DNA of 10,869 nt from an uncultured bacterium. GTDB lineage: Bacteria > Gemmatimonadota > Gemmatimonadetes > Gemmatimonadales > Gemmatimonadaceae. A program made the position numbers and the translations under genes. The notes under the pieces are model-generated. The model was not told where the DNA came from. It saw only the letters and a program-made list of their open reading frames with translations, and made no database searches. The DNA is taken from positions 1 to 10,869 of the forward strand of contig CAXBQP010000071.1 of the NCBI GenBank assembly GCA_963978095.1. Direction: 5' to 3'. Each line of letters begins with the position of its first letter. The first letter of the stretch is position 1. This document shows, piece by piece, positions 8,248-10,869 of the stretch.

Positions 8248-10016
8248 CACGGGCGGAGCGTCTTCGTCTCGCCGCGCGCGGCGTCGCCGTATTCATCGTG
8301 CTGCTGGCGATCATCGACCCAGTGGTGCCAGTCGCAAAGTATGACGCCGCAGTGGTGGCGGTCATCGCCGCCCCGACGGCCACCGACCGCGCGGTCGCGG
8401 CGCGTGCTCGCGCCCAGTTGTCCTCGCTCGTGCAGGTGGTGGACGCGCCATTCGCCGCCGCTGACGCCATCGTGTACGTAGGTCGGCATTTGACGACAGG
8501 TTTGGAGGCGAGCACGGTGCCGGTGTTCTCTGTCGAAACACCGCCCCGGGGAGCGGTACGAAGTGTTTGGACGCCGGGGGTGATGCAGTGGGACAGTCGC
8601 AACCCGGTGGTGGGGGCGGTTGAGGGGGTGCCAGCTGGCAACGTGGCCACGGCACTTTTGCGAAATGACGGTATCGCCACGGACCAGTTGGAGGTCCACG
8701 GCAGCCGAGACTCCACGGCGAATGTGGCGCTCGGGATTCTGCCGGTGGCTGAGGGCGTGCAACGACTCCGGCTCGAACTTCGGACGCGCGCCGGAGAGCC
8801 GACCGTCGTGGATTTCACCGCACTGGCTCGCGATCGCCAATGGAAGGTCCTCGTGTACGATGCGCGGGTGAACTGGGGATCAACCTTCGTGCGGCGCGCC
8901 CTCGAGCAGGATCCTCGGATGACGGTCGCGAGTCGCACGCTGACCTCACGGGCAACAAGCGCGAAGTCTGGAGGCGCCCCCTCGCAGCTCGATTCGCCCG
9001 CTGTGCTGCTTCCGTACGATGCGGTGTTGGTCGGAGCGCCGGAGGCGCTCACCGCCACCGAGGTTTCGGTGCTCGAGCAGTTCATGCGGGGTGGCGGCGG
9101 GAGTGTGGTAGTGCTCCTCGACCAATCGCCGTCGGCCGCTCTGGCCCGACTCATGGGAACAGGCGATGGGTGGGAACATCGTGCACTCGGAACCCCGGTT
9201 TCTTTGCACGTGAACGGCGTGGCCTCGAGTACCGTGGCCGCGTCGGCCGATTTCCTCTGGCCCAAGGTGCTGCCCCCCGTCGCGGAGGTACTGGCATCCG
9301 TCACGCTGCCGGCGCAGCGCTCGAGCCCGGCACGCACCATTCCCGCCCTCTGGTCCACGCCGGTCGGCATCGGCCGCTTGCTGGTCAGTGGTGCGTCGGA
9401 TCACTGGTCATTCCGCGCGCGGTCCGGAACGCAGTTCGCCCAGTTCTGGCAGGGGGTCGTCGGCGGTGCGGCGGCTCGGGCGCTTCCGCCGATTCGGATC
9501 ACGATGACGCCGAGCGCGGCAGGTTTGGGTGATGCCGTTACGGTCAGCATCGAGGATCGCGCGGCCATGCTGGGGCTGTCGTACCCTTCGCCGGATGGAG
9601 TTGGAGCGGAACTCGCCCCCGTCGGCGGACGGCGCCTCTCGCGCATCGCCCTCCGCCCGACGGCGCGGCGAGGGGTGTTCGAGGGCGATTTCCGAGCCCC
9701 GGCCGAGAGCGGCGCTTATCTAGTACGCGCGTTTCGCGGCACAGCGGTGGATTCCGCCCCGCTCGGCGTTGCACCGGATAACCATGGGCCAGCGGGTGAT
9801 GATATGGAGCTTGTACGACGTGTCGCGGTGGCCTCGGGCGGGGAGAGTCTGACGGAAGGTGAGCTCCGCACGCTTCCGAAGCGCCTCGCGCGGGTCATGC
9901 GGCCCAAAGCGCAGCGCGGGGAGACGCATCCCATGCGCTCCCCGTGGTGGATTGTCCCGTTGGCCATTCTGCTGGGTTTCGAATGGTGGTCCCGCCGCCG
10001 TTCAGGGCTGGCATGA
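8244..10016 (+). CDS. Membrane protein with Ig-like and class-I GATase-like (probably non-catalytic) domains and a C-terminal TM-EWxxRRR tail, typical of MoxR/vWA clusters
   Basis: GTG start overlaps the upstream stop (GTGA at 8244-8247). N-terminal TM. KVLVYDARVNWGSTFVRRALEQDP, YDAVLVG, LEQFMRGGGGSVVVL, GIGRLLVSGASDHWSFR...FWQ. LVRRVAVASGG followed by PWWIVPLAILLGFEWWSRRRSGLA. Confidence 0.8.
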   Translation: MTRAERLRLAARGVAVFIVLLAIIDPVVPVAKYDAAVVAVIAAPTATDRAVAARARAQLSSLVQVVDAPFAAADAIVYVGRHLTTGLEASTVPVFSVETPPRGAVRSVWTPGVMQWDSRNPVVGAVEGVPAGNVATALLRNDGIATDQLEVHGSRDSTANVALGILPVAEGVQRLRLELRTRAGEPTVVDFTALARDRQWKVLVYDARVNWGSTFVRRALEQDPRMTVASRTLTSRATSAKSGGAPSQLDSPAVLLPYDAVLVGAPEALTATEVSVLEQFMRGGGGSVVVLLDQSPSAALARLMGTGDGWEHRALGTPVSLHVNGVASSTVAASADFLWPKVLPPVAEVLASVTLPAQRSSPARTIPALWSTPVGIGRLLVSGASDHWSFRARSGTQFAQFWQGVVGGAAARALPPIRITMTPSAAGLGDAVTVSIEDRAAMLGLSYPSPDGVGAELAPVGGRRLSRIALRPTARRGVFEGDFRAPAESGAYLVRAFRGTAVDSAPLGVAPDNHGPAGDDMELVRRVAVASGGESLTEGELRTLPKRLARVMRPKAQRGETHPMRSPWWIVPLAILLGFEWWSRRRSGLA

Positions 10017-10096
10017 CCCTCAACGAAAGGCTGTACTTAAGCGCATTATTGCTGGAGTCCGTGCGAGTTTCCTTCACGCCCCACGCCCATCCATGA
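10013..10096 (+). CDS. Putative 27-aa small ORF (MTLNERLYLSALLLESVRVSFTPHAHP) bridging two genes
   Basis: ATG 10013 overlaps the upstream TGA (ATGA at 10013-10016), and its TGA at 10094-10096 overlaps the next ATG (ATGA at 10093-10096). Codon usage is atypical (TTA twice, AGG, CGA), so coding status is uncertain. Confidence 0.25.
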   Translation: MTLNERLYLSALLLESVRVSFTPHAHP

Positions 10097-10869
10097 TCAC
10101 ACGCGAAGAGAGCAAGGCGATCGTCGACAAGGTCATCAACATGGCCAAGACCGACGCCGTCGAGATCAACCTGACCGCCAGCGAACGCTCGGGCACCCGT
10201 TGGGCCAACTCGACCATTACCACCAACCTCGTCCAATACGACCGCAACGTCACGGCGACGGTGCGCATCGGGCAGAAAACCGGCTCTGCCAGCACCCGCG
10301 ATTTCAGCGACGCGGGTCTGCAGAAGATGGTCGACGAAGCCAAGGCTGAAGCCGCCAAGGGCGTCGACCTGCCCAATCTTCCCGAGTTGCTCGGCGCACA
10401 GGACTACATCCCCATGGACGGCGCCAGCGCCGCGATGATCCGCAACGGCCCGGCCGAGCGCGCGCGCATGGTGAAGGACAGCCTCGATGTCGCATCGAAG
10501 AAGGGCGTCCTTGGCGCGGGGTTCATCCCGAAGAACGATGTCGCGACCTGCAACGCCAACTCCAAAGGGTTGTTCGCGTACTATCGCACGGCGGAGTCCG
10601 GATTCGTGCTGACCTGCCGGACGCCGGACGGCACCGGGTCGGGTTGGGCAGGTACCACGGGCATTCGCGAGCCGCGCAACATTGACGCCAAGGCGCTCAC
10701 GGAAGTGGCGTCGGAGAAAGCGCTCAAGAGCCGGAAGGCGAAAGCGCTCGAGCCGGGACGTTACACCGTCATCCTCGAGCCGCGCGCGAACGCCCGCTTC
10801 CTCTCGCTGATGACCAACATCTTTGGCGGCGGCGGATTCGGCGGTGGCATGGGCGGCGGTGGATTCGGC
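10093..10869 (+). CDS. TldD/PmbA family protein (TldE/PmbA-like N-terminal and middle domains), 3'-truncated by the window edge
   Basis: Manual translation, open to the window end: MITREESKAIVDKVINMAKTDAVEINL...TRWANSTITTN...VRIGQKTGSAST...NANSKGLFAYY...RTPDGTGSGWA...KALEPGRYTVILEPRA. The motifs TR(F/W)ANxxI, ANSxG, GSGWA and LEPGxYTVILEP are characteristic. Strong GC3-rich codon bias. The TldD HExxxH region is not seen at the expected position after VILEP, which favours the TldE/PmbA subunit. Confidence 0.9.
   Translation, partial: MITREESKAIVDKVINMAKTDAVEINLTASERSGTRWANSTITTNLVQYDRNVTATVRIGQKTGSASTRDFSDAGLQKMVDEAKAEAAKGVDLPNLPELLGAQDYIPMDGASAAMIRNGPAERARMVKDSLDVASKKGVLGAGFIPKNDVATCNANSKGLFAYYRTAESGFVLTCRTPDGTGSGWAGTTGIREPRNIDAKALTEVASEKALKSRKAKALEPGRYTVILEPRANARFLSLMTNIFGGGGFGGGMGGGGFG
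10825..10869 (+). repeat. Gly-rich coding low-complexity repeat (GGGGFG-GGM-GGGGFG), may continue past the window
   Basis: The 18-nt unit GGCGGCGGYGGATTCGGC occurs at 10825-10842 and 10852-10869, in frame with the Tld gene. Confidence 0.85.

Noticed and set aside
4625..9370. Long minus-strand ORFs (4625..6250, 5787..6647, 7869..8840, 8225..9370)
   Set aside because: They are Ser/Ala/Arg/Thr-rich shadow ORFs opposite well-supported, translationally coupled genes, as expected from stop-codon scarcity at high GC.
10009..10025. TGGCAT as a possible sigma-54 -24 element upstream of tld
   Set aside because: There is no TTGC -12 element at the required spacing.

Overview
High-GC bacterial window. 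The Ig-like/Big_1 gene and the Gly-rich insert suggest Gemmatimonadota, but that is an impression, not a tested assignment. Left to right: the 3' end of an Ig-like (Big_1/invasin-type) domain gene (+), converging on a minus-strand pair of a DUF2177 membrane protein and a probably exported Ntn-hydrolase of the penicillin/GL-7-ACA acylase family. A 114-bp divergent intergenic region then precedes a tightly coupled plus-strand operon: MoxR AAA+ ATPase, DUF58 vWA-like protein, BatA-domain membrane protein, DUF4175-like membrane protein, GATase-like/vWA-associated membrane protein, and a TldD/PmbA-family gene (TldE/PmbA-like; open at the right edge and absent from the ORF track). The most interesting signals are: the MoxR-Bat cluster joined to a Tld peptidase; a 27-codon ORF overlapping both flanking genes by ATGA; a Gly/Phe low-complexity insert in the Tld protein; a shared TM-E-x3-RRRSG tail on two operon proteins; and an apparently rearranged acyl pocket in the acylase. 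No RNA genes, mobile elements or CRISPR arrays were seen.
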